From positions 127,536,001 through 127,600,000 of the forward strand of contig CM059431.1 in assembly GCA_030390025.1 (NCBI GenBank): 64,000 bases of DNA. The letters are read 5' to 3'. Positions 1-12,900 of the stretch are shown here, piece after piece; positions within the stretch are counted from its first letter, which is position 1; each line of letters opens with the position of its first letter. The DNA is from Squalus acanthias (lineage: Eukaryota). The notes below the pieces were generated by a model. That model was not told where the DNA came from and made no database searches. It saw only the letters and a program-made list of their open reading frames with translations. The translations under genes and the position numbers were made by a program.

Positions 1-900
1 CAAGACCTGCAGCCCAGAGGAGCGGGTGGACATGCCTTATCAGTAGCTGTCAAAGTCACCAGCGCCCTCAACTTCTTCGCCTCAGGCTCCTTCCAGGGAT
101 CTGCAGCAGGCATTTGCGACATCTCGCAGTCGGCCACCCACATATGCATCACACAGGTCACTGATGCCCTGTTTGACAAGTCAGCCAATTATATCAACTT
201 TGCCACTGATGAAGCCAGTGTTACTGAGTGGGCGCTCGGCTTTGCCACTCTGGCTGGCTTCCCACGGGTGCAGGGCATCATCGACTGCACACATGTGGCC
301 ATCAGGGCAGCCCATCATCACCCAGGAGTCTTTGTCAACCACAAGGTCTTCCACTCTATCAATGTGCAGCTGGTCTGCAACCACAGGGAGATCATCATGC
401 ATGTGTGCGCCAAATTCCCTGGCAGCTGCCATGACTTTTTCACTCTTCTAAACAGACTTTCCAGCTGGCTGCTTGGAGATAAGGGCTATCCACTGAAGAC
501 ATGACTCATGACACCCTTGAGGTGGCCAAGTACAGAGGCCCAGGAGAGATATAATGAAATCCACATTTCCACCAGATGTATCATAGAGCAGACAATAGGC
601 ATGCTGAAAATGCACTTCAGATGCCTTGACAGATCTGGAGGAGCCCTTCAGTACGCACCAGCCTGAGTCTCCAGAATTGTCGTGGTCTGCTGTGTCATGC
701 ACAACATAGCGCAGTAGCAAGGATTAGCGCTGCATGGGGAGCAAGGCACAGGGCGCACAGACTCTTCAAGGAGGAGGAGGAGGAGCATCAGCTGGAAGAC
801 GAGGAGGAGGAGCAGGAGGAACCTGTGGTCCAGATTCCGCCAGCACCCAAGCACATTGCTGCCGGGAGGCCAGGGATGGCCTCATCATGACCAGATTTAC
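1..900 (+). pseudogene. PIF/Harbinger (HARBI1-like, DDE_Tnp_4) transposase, decayed, 5'-truncated by window edge
   Basis: Frame +1 from base 1 reads [21 protein letters not shown]...[15 protein letters not shown]...SINVQLVC...FPGSCHD...[10 protein letters not shown]...TRCIIEQTIGMLK...CCVMHN. In-frame stops at 502 and 664. Confidence 0.93.
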
Positions 901-1203
901 TTAACTTTACACAGTACATCCATATGGCTGCCACATGCTGCGTCAGGTTGGCACCACTCCACAGCAACACCATAAAGCATCCCTACAATGACCAAACCAT
1001 TCCTTTCACACTGATCAACATTGCTGGAGGTAACGTTATGTCTCACCATTCACTCCAACTCATTAAGCCACTTCCAAAGGTGCGCACAAATTTGTCCAAG
1101 ATCCGGAAAGTGTTGAAAATAAAGATTTTTATGTGTGACATCACAGTAATTGAAACTTTACAGAAACTTTGAATAAAACACCCAAGTGCTTACCCTTGTG
1201 AAT

Positions 1204-3060
1204 CTACTTGTGTGTCATCTTTCTCTTACGTGTGCTGCTACAAGGTGCTAACCCTGTGGCTTCAGCAGAGCTAAAGGCAGATTGCTCGCTTCCCTGCTCC
1301 TTAGACACTCTTGGAGGACGTTCTCTGGGTTTTGGAGCCTCTGATGGCCCCACCAAAGTCTGCTCCTCCAGCGACTGTGCAGGGGCAGACTCGGCCATTG
1401 CCATTCGAGGAAGCATCTGGGGATCTGACTGAGGGGGTGGCAACGGGGGAGAAGTGTGAGCGCTTTGAGAGGAGTCCCCACTGCCATCTCCCCTCTCTCC
1501 ATTATCCCTCTCATGGACCACCCGCACTTCCCTGCTAGAAAGGAGCTGGAGAGCACCTTGTTGCACAGCAGTGGGGCCATGAGGACCCACGTCTACATTG
1601 GCATCCCTCCTAGAGAGGAGGTCTATGACCCTCTGCCAGCTATTTTCCATAGAGACCATGTGCTCCTGTGAGTGACGCATTAGCTGCTTCATGCAGGTGG
1701 CTATCCTTTCCAAGAGCCTACAGTCGCCATCGCCTGCGACATAATGGTGTTCATGTTGGAGACGGACTCCTCCATTCTCTGCACATTTGCAGACATCGCG
1801 CTCTTAAAACCTCTCAAAGCCTCCTGCACTCCTTGCTGCACCTCCAGGATCGCTCTCTTTCTGGATGGCTCCCGAGGCTCAGCGTCTGCATGCAGGTGAG
1901 CAGAGCTGGGAGCGTCCTGTGCCCTCCGGCGAGGAATCTCCACTGCTGTCCCTTTCGCCAGCATCTGTTCTTGCTCACTTGTGAGCTGTGACACACCAGG
2001 TAACAGCACTACTCTATCTTGCGTGGCATCCACCGAGGTGTGTGTATCTGCGCTGGTGCTGGGTGCACTTATGTCTGGTGATGGTGCGCCCTCAGAGGCT
2101 GGAGGCTCCTTTGAGGAGTCGTCTTCCTCTTCCTCCTGGACAGTGGAGGGGGGCTCTTGATGGACCTGTGAGAGAGTAAGACATGATTTAGATATGTCAC
2201 ATGAAGAATGGGTACAGATACCATCATGCACATGATGACCATTCACTGGCTGCTGTCATCAGTCCCCATTTGATTGACTGCTGTATGCCATGTAACTGTA
2301 TGCTATGTAATTCTGTTACCGGGTTGCTGAGATTACCCCCTCTCTCTGTCTCCCACCTCCAGTTGCTCGGCGAATCCCGAAACTTCTAAGGCAGCCTCCT
2401 CTGCTGTTGTTAGGGTCGCCAATAATGTTGTTCCACCTCCGGTTCTCTCCTTCTCCCTCTTATTGTGGGCTCTCTTTTCCTGCAAGGAGGGAAAGAAGAG
2501 AAGGTTAAGTGAGAGTGTTGGAATGAGTGTAAGGAATGGATGGGTTACATCTTTAAAGGGAGACTATGATGGATTGGGGTGCCAAAGCCAAGTGGCCTCC
2601 ATGTATTGTTAGTTGATATGATTTCATTAGGTTGAGGATGAGTTTGAGGGATGCCAAGTCAGAAGGGAATATGAGTATGTAGATAGAGAGAGAGGGATGG
2701 GTGGATGTGCAGGGTATGTTGGTGTGAGTAATGATGTGCAGGAGCAGGTTTAGGAAGGCAGAGTGATGGGGATGTGATGAGAGGCACAGCAGGATGAAGT
2801 TGAGTGTGACTTTGCACTCACCTTTCCTGATCTAATGAGATCATTGAAACATTTGTGGCACTGCACCCAGGTCCTCCTCACAACATCCCTGCTGTTAACC
2901 TCTGCAATTTGGAGCCAGGCTCATTTTGTCTCCTGGGGAGGTCTCTTCTGCCCATTTGAAGGGAAGAGGACCTCCCAGCATGCTCTGACTCCCTCCACAA
3001 GCATATGGAGGGATTCATCGGAGAACCTGGGTGCAGCCCTGTGCCTCTGTGCAGTCATCT
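1204..3060 (-). pseudogene. Harbinger Myb/SANT-like DNA-binding protein gene (three exons), convergent with the transposase
   Basis: Exon 1 reads APRFSDESLHMLVEGV...W..I...V......RTW.QC.K.FNDL and ends at a GTGAGT donor near 2821. Exon 2 (about 2480-2320) reads EKRAHNKREKERTGGG. Exon 3 (about 2165-1204) encodes an acidic/coiled-coil tail ending RKRKMTHK. Contains stops and frameshifts. Confidence 0.88.
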
Positions 3061-3796
3061 CTGGAAATATTTGCAGCACTCCAATTATGCAGTGTGCTGC
3101 CTGCACACTCCTAGATGAACCTTCAAATGCAATGTGGCCATGGCTCCTTTAAATATCCCGGCTGAAAATGCATCATCGATGATGTCATCAGACCCGCACC
3201 ATTTAATAGGGCCGGGTAATGCGCAGGGTGGACTTAATTGTCCCCATTAATGCAAAGTCGATTTCAGGAGTGGGATGGAATCAAAAATGGGGTTGCAACC
3301 TGCCACGCCGATCATCCGCACCTGACCCGCCCAGGTAAACAAGAATCTGGCCATAGAATTGAAGCATAGTTAGCTAACCAGATGGACAACTGTCTTAGCA
3401 ATACAAAGAGATCATGACAAAAGGAAATGGCTCTGTTTGATGGCAGTGGCTAATGCACATCTGTCCTGGGTATCCTTTTGTTCAAGCTAATCATGAGCAA
3501 TACAGGAGAGTAGCTAGTGCAACATTAGAAAATGTGCTAATGGCATGAAGATATGACTATAACTATTTGCAACATGATATTTCTGATTGATCCCCATGGA
3601 GGACAAGACCAGATTTCTGGTTGGTCCCCTTGGAGGACAAGTCACACCCAGTAGTTTGTCTGGAATGTGTAATTAGATCCTGCCTGCTGGAGTAACCAAG
3701 ATCTTTGTAATGTGTAATTTGATCCATTCATTGTGATAGCCAGGCTGAGGCAGCCACTACTGCTTTCAGAGAACAGTCAGGGCTCACCCTCCTGGG

Positions 3797-4500
3797 TTAG
3801 GACCTTCTCTCCCCCAAACAAGTTCCTGAACTTCTCCCCCGCAACAAATTCTTGACCTTCTCCCTCCACAACAAATTCCTGACCTTCTCCCCCCCAACAA
3901 ATTCTTGACCTTCTCCACCCGCCCCCCATAGATGGGGCATTGTGTGTAGGTCATAGATTGTAAACAGGTTTATTGGGTCCAAAGTGAATAGTGACAGTAT
4001 CATGACTTTCGGATTTTGTCCGGTCCAATGATATCACTTGCCGCACACGCGCCGGACTTTCTAAGAACTCAACCAGGTCTGGGGGGAGGAGAGGGAGAAT
4101 GTGGTGTGGGTGTAAAGGTGTGGGGGTGGGGTTGGAAGAACATGATCCATGTCAAACAGAGGGGAGAGAACGTGATCTGTCTTCCCATCTGGATCACGTT
4201 CTCCCTCTCATCTGCCCCCATCAGACCTGGATCACATTCTTCCCCCATCCCCACTGTGCTTTCCGTGCTCTTCCCCCACCCCCGAGTTCCTGACCTTCTC
4301 CCCCACCCAAGTTCCTGACCTTCTCTCCCCCAGAGCCCTTGACCTTCCCACCCCACCGAGTTCCTGACTTTCTCCCCGCCAAGGTCCTGAACTTCCCTCT
4401 CCCTGAGTTCCTGTCCTCCTCCCCCCTCCGAGCTCCTCCCTCCCCCTCCCCCCTCTGATACCATCTTCTCTCCCCACTCCGATCTCCTGACCTTCTCCTC
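3797..4500. repeat. Degenerate pyrimidine-rich minisatellite (GTTCCTGACCTTCTCCCCC-like, unit about 25-28 bp)
   Basis: Repeated 'gttcctgaccttctcccc' units at 3800-3925 and 4280-4500. Confidence 0.8.
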
Positions 4501-4887
4501 AAACACATGCAGCACAAACAGGCTGAAACTTCAGCCCTGCATCTCCACCCGAGGGATGCGGGGGAGGAGGGAACGACCGCTCCAGAGATATCCACGCGGA
4601 CAGTAAGCAGTGTTGAATCTCGGGCTCCGCGACTGCAGAACCTGAGTTTGGTCTCCACACCCAGACACCCACCCCGCGGCCACGGCCTATTGGTCAGGCC
4701 TACATCCGCCAGTGTGCCCCACAGATCGCCAGTGATGGCAGGACAAGGGCCCTCTGGTGGTATGCGCAGCCGCAACGCTGGGTGCAAATGTATAGCTCCG
4801 GTGGGGACAAGACGGTGTTTAGGCTCCGCTCCCATGTTTGTATAAATAATCACTCCGTGAAGACATACAGCCAGATGAGGAGTGAAA

Positions 4888-5658
4888 GGGGGAGAAATTC
4901 CCCTCGAGCCCTGTTTGGGGTGCTAAATCAGAAAAGCTGAAAAGTTAGTGCCAGCCGCTAACCTCTTCCAGCCTCTCTGAAATTCCCATTTTTTGCTCCA
5001 AGAGGGAAGTGGAGCGCTAAATCAAGCATTCCACTTCCTTCTTGGAGCGTAAGAGGAGGGGAAGTTCATGACCCGGGGTGCACCCGGGATGATGAGCTCA
5101 GCAGCGCCACGAGTGGCCAAGCGTGGTGCTGCCGCATTGCAGGGGCTCTTCCCTGAATTAAAGGGAAAGGCCCCACATTGCGAACTCTGCAGTTTTTTTA
5201 AACTTACCTCTACCACCGGAGAACGGGGGTGCAGTGCAATCAGCCCGGCACTCAAGCAGCGTGCCGGGCTGACCGATCGCAGCATGGACCCTGCGTCCGG
5301 AGGCGCAAAAAAAAAAGGTTTTAAAACATCCAACTTTATTTCCGGGCGGCCACCTCACCTTTAAATTCCGCCCCACTAGCGGTCGGCCGCACTGCTCGCG
5401 TCCACTGCAGCAGTCGCTGCCATCGCCCGGCACTGCCGCAGGGGGCGAAGGGGAATTTTTTTGTGCCGGGGCGATGCATCCGGAGATGACGTCACGATCT
5501 CCGGGCGCATGAGAGCGGGGCGTAACCCGGTAGCGCCGCTGCTAACCTCCCGCATAATTTGGCAGGAAGTGCGGTCAGTGCCATGTCCTGGGGGAAAAGG
5601 CCTTTGCGCCCCATTAGCGCCCCCCACGGGAGGTGCAATGGAGGTAAATTTCTCCCCC
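4888..5658. mobile_element. Non-autonomous Harbinger-type MITE
   Basis: 12-bp TIRs GGGGGAGAAATT (4888) and AATTTCTCCCCC (5647-5658). CpG-rich non-coding interior. The same terminus recurs at 31723. Confidence 0.8.
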
Positions 5659-6457
5659 ATAGTATTTAAAAGGATCTGGATAAATTAACTAGATATGCTA
5701 AATTAAAGCAGATGGATAATGTGGATAATATTGATAAATGTAACATGAAACATACAATGAATGTTTTATTTCAGTAGCTCAGTGATAAATATGAAACCAG
5801 CCAAGCCTAATTCCCATCAGAATACATGGGGGGGGAGAGTTTATCGGGGGCTCTGTGGGCACATTTGGTGGCGGGTCGGGTGGGAATTTTTTTTAATAGC
5901 GTTTCGGGAACCCGCTGTCAACCCACTGCCTCGTGACTTTCCCAGATGTTGGGTCTGTCAGCGCTGAACAGACCCAACACGCAGCAGCAGGGGAGGCAAT
6001 TTAGGTCATTATGACTTTGTTAAGAGCCACTTAGAAAGTATTTTGAGCTCACCTTTAAAATTTATGAGGTCGCCCACGGGGTGCACACTGCTCGGGGATC
6101 ACGTCAGGTAAGCAGGTCGGGAGTTGTATGACCAGGGGATCATCGCATTACTTGACCGCTGCAAATGTGCTATAAAAGCTCCCATCTCACAGCTGTTCAC
6201 TTTCTAAGCTCAGAAGCTGTTGCTTACTGCATTTGGAAGACAGTTTGAGATTTATGCAGGTTGCAAGAGTTTGGAGTAAACTTTGTATCCAGTGTCACCT
6301 CATTGGACCGACCTCTTTCACCATTGACAGATCGCTTCTGTCATCACAAGTTCACCTGCCATCTATTACATCATGCGGAGATGCCGGTGTTGGACTGGGG
6401 TGGACAAAGTGCGAAGTCGCACAACACCAGGTTATAGTCCAACAGCTTTATTTGAAA

Positions 6458-6494
6458 TCACAAGCTTTCGGAGCGCTGCTCCTTCATCAGGTGA
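6458..6494 (-). ncRNA. Minimal type I hammerhead ribozyme
   Basis: UCAC-CUGAUGA-A-GGAGC-AGC-GCUCC-GAAA-GCUU-GUGA: intact core, stems I and II pair, palindromic AAGCUU stem III. Confidence 0.8.
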
Positions 6495-6552
6495 AGTGAA
6501 GAAATACAAATGGGCACAGCATATATGCTGTGCCCATTTGTATTTCTTCACT

Positions 6553-6589
6553 TCACCTGACGAAGGAGCAGCGTTCCGAAAGCTTGTGA
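6553..6589 (+). ncRNA. Minimal type I hammerhead ribozyme (inverted copy)
   Basis: UCAC-CUGACGA-A-GGAGC-AGC-GUUCC-GAAA-GCUU-GUGA. Confidence 0.75.
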
Positions 6590-7199
6590 TTTCAAATAAA
6601 GCTGTTGGACTATAACCTGGTGTTGTGCGACATCTATTACATCAGCATCGGTGCCCTTGAAATAGCTCACCTTGGTCCTCAGAATCCCACCACAATCAGT
6701 CCCAACACCAGCAGCACCAGGAACACCAGCAGCACCAACAACAACACCAACATTCTCTGTAATCAACTGATGTTGCACAGGACAGAGGGCATCAGCACCC
6801 GACCACGTTGCTGCCCGGGAGGCCAGGGATGGCCTCACCATGGCCAGATTTACTTCACATGACACTGTACACCCTGGCTGCCACATGATACGCCAGGTTG
6901 GCACCATCCCACACCAGCACCATAAAGCATCCCTACAATGCCCAAGCCATTCCTTTCACACTCACACCATTGTGGGGGATACCCTAATGTCTCATCTTTC
7001 ACTACAACTCACTAAGCCACTTCCAAAGGTGCACACAGATCTGTCCAAGAGTGTAAAGTGTCGAAAATAAAGATTTCAACGTTTGGCAGCACATTAACAG
7101 AAACTTCACGTGAACTTTGGCTAAAACACACAAGTGCCTAACCTTGTGTGTTGTTAGTGGGTATGATTGGACTAGGATGAGGGTGAGTGTGAGGGAAGT

Positions 7200-7445
7200 G
7201 CATTTGATGCAGTGTACATGGATTTTAGCAAGACTTTTGACAAGATCCCACGTGGCAAACTGGTCAGAAAAGTAAAAGCCCATGGGATCCAAGTGAAAAT
7301 GGCAAGTTGGATCCAAAATTGGGTCAGTGGCAGGAAACAAAGAGTAATGCTCGACGGGTGTTTTTGTGACTGGAAGGCTGTTTCCAGTGGAGTTCCATAG
7401 GGCTCAGTACTGGGTACTTTGCTTTTTGTAGTATATATCAATGAT
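7200..7445 (+). mobile_element. CR1 LINE RT fragment
   Basis: YMDFSKTFDKIPRGKLVRKVKAHGI...WKAVSSGVP.GSVLG. Confidence 0.9.
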
Positions 7446-7449
7446 TTAT

Positions 7450-7970
7450 TCCTGTAAGCGGAAGCACTTGTAGGCCGCGATCTCCCTTACCTCGGCGGGT
7501 TCGGGGCGGGCGACGTCGGTGGTGGGTCCCGACCTCGCTGCTGGCTCCAGCCCGCTCTGTAGAATGATTTTTCCCTGATTGGGCTTGTTAAGCCCACCCA
7601 GTGAGTTTCCCGGCCTATTGAAGGAAGCGGGTCTGATGACTTCACTTGATGACCCGTCATCAGCCGGTTTCCTTAAAGGGACAATGCGCAAATTTATTTT
7701 GACAGTTGTGCTGTCAGTGTTCTACAGCATTGAGGTGCTGCAAACACTGACAAGTACTGCACAAAGGTGCACGGCTGCTCCCAGGCTCCCCGCATGGCTC
7801 CCTCCATATGCTTATGGAGAGAGTCACAGCACGCAGGGAGGTTCTCTTCCCTTCCAATGGCAGAAGAGACCTCCCCAGGACACCAACGCAGCCTGGTTGC
7901 TCATTGCACAGGAGGGCAAAAGCAGGGATGCCATCAGAAGGACTAGGCTGCAGTGGCCTCATTTGATGAT
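7450..7970 (+). mobile_element. Harbinger terminal fragment with decayed Myb/SANT exon 1
   Basis: AAPRL...KRPPQDTNAAWLLIAQE; homologous to the reverse complement of 2830-3060. Confidence 0.75.
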
Positions 7971-8449
7971 CCTTCTAACATATCATCCCTCCTCACAGAT
8001 GTAATTGTTTGTTTAACCAATATTCCAACTGCCCCATCCTTTTTTATTCCCCTCTCTATCTTGTCTGTAAATCCTGTAACGAGGAATGTTGAGTTGCCAT
8101 TCCTGCCCTTCTTTCAGCATGCTTCAGTAATAGCTATGATATCATACTTCTACGTGTCTACCTGTTCCTCAGCTTATCTGCCTTATTCACTAGACTCCTT
8201 GCATTAAATTATATACCATTAAGCACTGCCAAACCCCTTTGTTGTCTATTTTCTAGCCTTTTTTCCTCTGCCTTCCAAACTTACTTACTAATTTTCTGCC
8301 TTCCATTTCCAGCTTTGCTTCTCTCCCTTTGGAATCCACTCTCAGGTTCCCATCCCTTGCCAAATTAAAACTCAAATTACTTATGGTAATCAGCAGTTAT
8401 AAAAGGTCTCCAAAGACCCGATATATATTAATTGTTTATGTTCAAAGGC

Positions 8450-10340
8450 CACCCAGATATGAGCTATAGCTTCAAAGAGATGAGGGAAGATTTAAAAGAG
8501 GGAAGGGAGATTTAAAACAAATGGATTGGAGGAAGATAATTAGTGACACTTCAGTAGAAGATAAATGGAACATCTTTAAAAGAATAATGCTGGACATGCA
8601 AGACAAGTACACACCTAAGATCAGCAAGCTCAGACTAAAAAAAAACCTTAAATGGATTAACAAGCAAATTAAATGTAAAATAAAGAGGAAAAATTACCTC
8701 TACAAATCCTGCCAGTTAAAAGGGTGATCAGAGTGGCTAGAAATACTTAGAAAAAAGCAAAGCATAACAGTAATTATTTTTCAATATGAAAATAGCAAGC
8801 GGACTGACAGAGAAGAGTTGCGCCATTAAAAGATGCAAATGGACTTGAGACTGAGGATGAGCTGAATGATTACTTCCACTAGTATTCACAAGGGATGGCA
8901 TGAGTAATGTGCCCTCCTCAAAAGAAGAGTACCAATTCAAAATGCAAGACTTTGATATAAATGAGATGGAAACCCTAGAATAGCTGAAAGGTCTTTAAAC
9001 AAATAGATCCCCAGGGATAGATGGTATTTATCCCAGAGACTAGAGAGGAGATTAGTGAGGCACTGACAATCATTATGTAAAGAACAGCGTACACTGGGGA
9101 CATATAACTGGATTGGAAATAGTCTAAAGTGGTACCAATATTCCAAAAAGGCACACAACTACAGACTCATTCGTCTTACTTCAATTCCATGTAAATTAAT
9201 GGAATTGATTATCAGGAGTAAACTTGGGAATTACAAGTTACAAGAACAACCTAGTCCCCCGGCTTTAAGACAGGGAATATCCTGCCTGAACAACTTCTTT
9301 GATTTCATTGAGGAAGTGACAACCCAAGTTAACTGTGGTAAACCCTATGACAATGTGTACTTAGGCTTCCACAATGCATTTGATTAGGTTCCATGTGAAT
9401 GTTTACCAATCAAGTTCAATGCAATGGGGATTCAGGGTAAAAACTTGGTATGGATAAGAAACTGACTGAAGGGAAGAAAATGTGCACTGGTTAAAGGGAT
9501 AATGTCAGATTGGGAAGAATTACTGGGTGGGGTTCCCCAGGGCTTAGTATTGGGAGCACTGTTGTTTCTAACTTACGTCAATAATTTGGATTCAGAAACT
9601 CAGTGTAATTTGATCAAATTTGCAGATGATACCAACTTTTGAGGGTCAGTGGAATCGAAGGAGACAGACCTGAAACTACAGAATGACCGAAACAAAACAC
9701 GTGAGTGGACTGAACAATGAAAGATGACATCTTATGTCGACAAATGTAAAGTATTGCAGATAGAAAAAAAAATGAGCAAAGTACGTACTCCATGAGTGGT
9801 GTCGAAATAGCTAAGTATGATGTTGAAAGAGACCTAGGAGCTCTAACAAGTTCAATGATCAATATGTCCAACCAATGCAGAGCAACAATCAACAAAGCCA
9901 ATATAATGTTGAGTCACACAGCCAAAACAGTAGAATGTAAGTGAGCGGAAGTTGTGATCAAGCTGTACAGTGCTCTGGTCAGACCATACCTTGAATACTG
10001 TGGCCACTTCGATAATCAAGAAACAAGGGAGACATTTAGGCACTGAAGGCAGTTCAGAGAACAGTCACCAGACCGATCACTAGAGTTATGTGCAAAGACT
10101 GGAAGATTTGGGCTTTTCAGCCTTGAAAAGAAGTGTCTGAGAGGTCATCTCATAGAGATGTATAAGATAGTAAACAATATAGAAAAGGTTTAATCGGAAT
10201 ACTACTTTAAATTAAACAGTGGGAGTAGGACAAGGGGATACAGGTTCAAACTAGTAAACAGTAACTTTAGGGCTGCTATCAAGAGGTTCTTCAGGCAGAT
10301 CAACATTTGAAATAGATTACAGAGCATAGTGGTGGAGGCG
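8450..10340 (+). mobile_element. Old, heavily decayed CR1 LINE ORF2
   Basis: Remnant motifs: SCL.N...F.EEVT, D.VYL.F..AFD, GVPQG.VLG, KFADDT, RP.LEYC. Confidence 0.85.
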
Positions 10341-10364
10341 AAAACTAGCCCATCTGCCTTAGGA

Positions 10365-10575
10365 GCGTAGGAACGGGGGTAGGTCATTTCGTCCTTTGAG
10401 CCTGTTTCGCCATGATATTAGATCATGGCTGATCTGTATCTCAACTCCATTTATCCGCTCTAATCCATCCATGATACCTTTACCGAATAAAAATCTGTCG
10501 ATCTCAGTCAAGAAAATTTCAATTGACCCAGTATCCATAGCCTTTTGGGGAAGTGAATTCCACATTTCCACTACC
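10365..10575 (-). mobile_element. CR1 LINE 3' end
   Basis: VVEMWNSLPQKAM...IEIF.TEIDRFL, followed by the shared 3' UTR (GATCAGCCATGATCT). Confidence 0.85.
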
Positions 10576-11059
10576 ACTACTCTTGGCTTGAATACACAAT
10601 TCCAGAAACTCTCTCCTCCAGCTCCGGCTACAAAGTGGATGACAAACTTTGTAAACTCAATTTAATTTAAACGTAACACTTCAATATAAATCATATGCAG
10701 ATCCTTCTACTGGACAGTGGTCAAGCATCTCCTGAATCATGGCAATAGGAAAGCTGCACATGGTCTGCAAAATTATTGTGGCCCCCAAAAACCCACAGTG
10801 GTTCCAGGATGTGCCTGCTGTAACTTTGGTGGGAGTTTACTTGAATGGTGAGAAACTAGGCCAGGTCCTGGACACACCGATTCCGGCCTTATTAGCATTT
10901 TGCGATAACCTGTTGGGGGCAGAAGCTGATCGGGGTACCAGCAAGTTATTTACAGCAAGTGAAGGACATAGTAAGGACTGTTAATGCAGAGGGCCTTTGT
11001 GTACTCCTTCAGGTTACCTGAAGCATTGTGCATCCCTGGCATCTCTGATTACAAGTCAT

Positions 11060-11800
11060 TTCATATAGAAAATTGTAAATGAATACATTTTGGAAATAAG
11101 AATAGGGACAGAAAATGCACATCAAATGGCAAGACTTTAAATGGAGTAGAGGAACAAAGGGACCTGGTGTGCAGATACAGAGGTCATTAACAGTGGCAGC
11201 ACAAAGTAGATAATGTCACAAAAGAGACAAATGGAATGTTTGGTTTTGTTATAGCAGCATTGAATGCAAAAGCAGAGGAATGATGTTGAACTTGTGAAAG
11301 ATCTTAGCTAGGTCACAGTTGGAGGATTATGCGCAGTTTTGGGCACCCAGTAATAGACAGGATATAAAAGCAATGGAAAGGATGCTACATAGATTCAATA
11401 GAATAGGGTACTAGATGCTGAGAAGGGTGACAGTGATCTTCAAGATTATGAAGCATTATGATGAGGTAAATATTAATAGATTGTTGTCAGTAGTTAGTGA
11501 AAGAGTAACGAGAGGACACACATTTAAGGTTATCAAAGAAAAATTAAAGAACAGGTTAGAAAGAACTTCTTTACACAGCAGGTGGTTAGAATATGGAATT
11601 CTCCAACATAAGTTGTGTTGAAGCAGAATACATACATTTTTTTAAAAAAGGGAATCATTTGCTTGAAAAAGAGTTTTATTAAAGTATATGGGGAACAGGC
11701 TGAAGAGTGGGATAAGACTAGATTAGGCTGATGTGAAGAAAAAGATTAATATATATTTGATGGTCCAACTGGCCTCTTTCTTTACTCTACATTCTATGGT
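11060..11800 (+). mobile_element. Decayed CR1 LINE 3' portion
   Basis: C-terminal CR1 ORF2 motifs (HFG.KN, QFWAP, FKIMK, TRGH). Confidence 0.8.
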
Positions 11801-11849
11801 TCTTTAAATTGAATGTTTCACCAGAATTCAGGGGTTCATGAGCTTCACT

Positions 11850-12900
11850 GTATCCGCATTCTGTCTCTGTTTGGGGATTTCTCAATGGTATCATCAACCA
11901 GGGCTGCAGTGGGCATTCTTGGTCCCCTAGTGGCTAGGGGTTCAATCTGTCTGTAGCTTCAAATATTGCTGACATGTTGGATTGCCTCAATATGAAGGAA
12001 TCATGGTTTCTGCTTGGGGGACTGCACTTTAACTTGTACTATTCTGTTCCTGGGTTCAGACATCAGCTGCATATTATGGATTGAAATCCTTTCATATACA
12101 TTTGTGCAATGTGATTGTTGCTAGGGGTCCTAATGGCTACATATATGCCATCAACGAGGCCCTGCACTTTTGGAAAGCTTGCCATTTGGTAAAAGAGCTG
12201 TGCCATCTCATACAGTTGCTTCCTTTCCATGGTGAAAGTGCTTCCTTTGGCAAATAAATGTCATGTGTTGCAGATATCATTTACTGAAGTCTAACTACAA
12301 CAAGAAAAACAACTTGCATTTATATAGCGCCTTTAAAGTAGTACAATGTCTCAAGGTGCTTCACAGCAGCGATTATCAAACAAAATTTGTAACTGCCATC
12401 AGTGGTGCATTTGAATGATCCAGTTATATAAAATGTATTGCTTTTGTGACCTACACAGCCACAGGCATAAATGTCTCTGTAGTAGGTCTATAGGTTGGGC
12501 TTGAGTAGATGACAGAACTCCGTGACTGCCTCACTTGTGAAATGCAGATGATGAAAGCAGATCTCCTCAGTCATTCCTAAATTGGTGTGTCCAGGTCTGA
12601 GACTTAGCACTTGCAATGAGGCTGAATTAGTGCCAGAAGCCTCAGTACAATGACACTCGTCTTAGTTCCTGTCCCTGAACTCCTCTTCCTCCTCCAAATT
12701 GATCATTGACAGTAGACATGTCCAATGGAATTCTAATGCTGGACACTGTGACTACTGCTAATGAAGCAACAGCTATCAGCAACAGTGCTATGTGAAAGGA
12801 GTCTTGGCATATAAACACGCAACAGCAATAGACCAATGATACTGCAGACACAGTTATGTGATGTGTCAAAAAAGGAAACTTTCAATGTAATAACAAACTT
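11850..12900 (-). pseudogene. Decayed Harbinger (HARBI1-like) transposase, interrupted by an L2 3' tail at about 12295-12390
   Basis: Minus-strand remnants FPKVQGLVDGIYVAI, KGFQSI, HDSFILRQS. L2 tail reads AAAGGCGCTATATAAATGCAAGTTG on the minus strand. Confidence 0.75.

Larger units (their letters stand above)
1..3352. mobile_element. Two-gene PIF/Harbinger DNA transposon, right end near 3352
   Basis: Convergent transposase and Myb/SANT genes, followed by a GC-rich subterminal region ending AAGAATCTGGCC. Confidence 0.8.
6374..6631. mobile_element. Penelope-like-element-derived fold-back insertion with two hammerhead motifs
   Basis: Near-perfect inverted repeat of about 108 bp (6416-6631) centred on CATATATG. 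Flanked by the TSD (c)ATCTATTACATCA at 6360-6373 and 6631-6644. Confidence 0.85.
5800..7195. mobile_element. Internally deleted Harbinger derivative, interrupted by a Penelope fold-back
   Basis: 6800-7150 is clearly homologous to 860-1200, the intergenic region of the first Harbinger element. Confidence 0.7.

Noticed and set aside
1..900. Host HARBI1 gene
   Set aside because: Stop codons, an internal deletion and a convergent Myb/SANT partner show it is a transposon copy, not the domesticated gene.
4016..5688. Several 80-210-aa ORFs
   Set aside because: They arise from GC-rich minisatellite and MITE sequence depleted of stop codons, and show no domain motifs.
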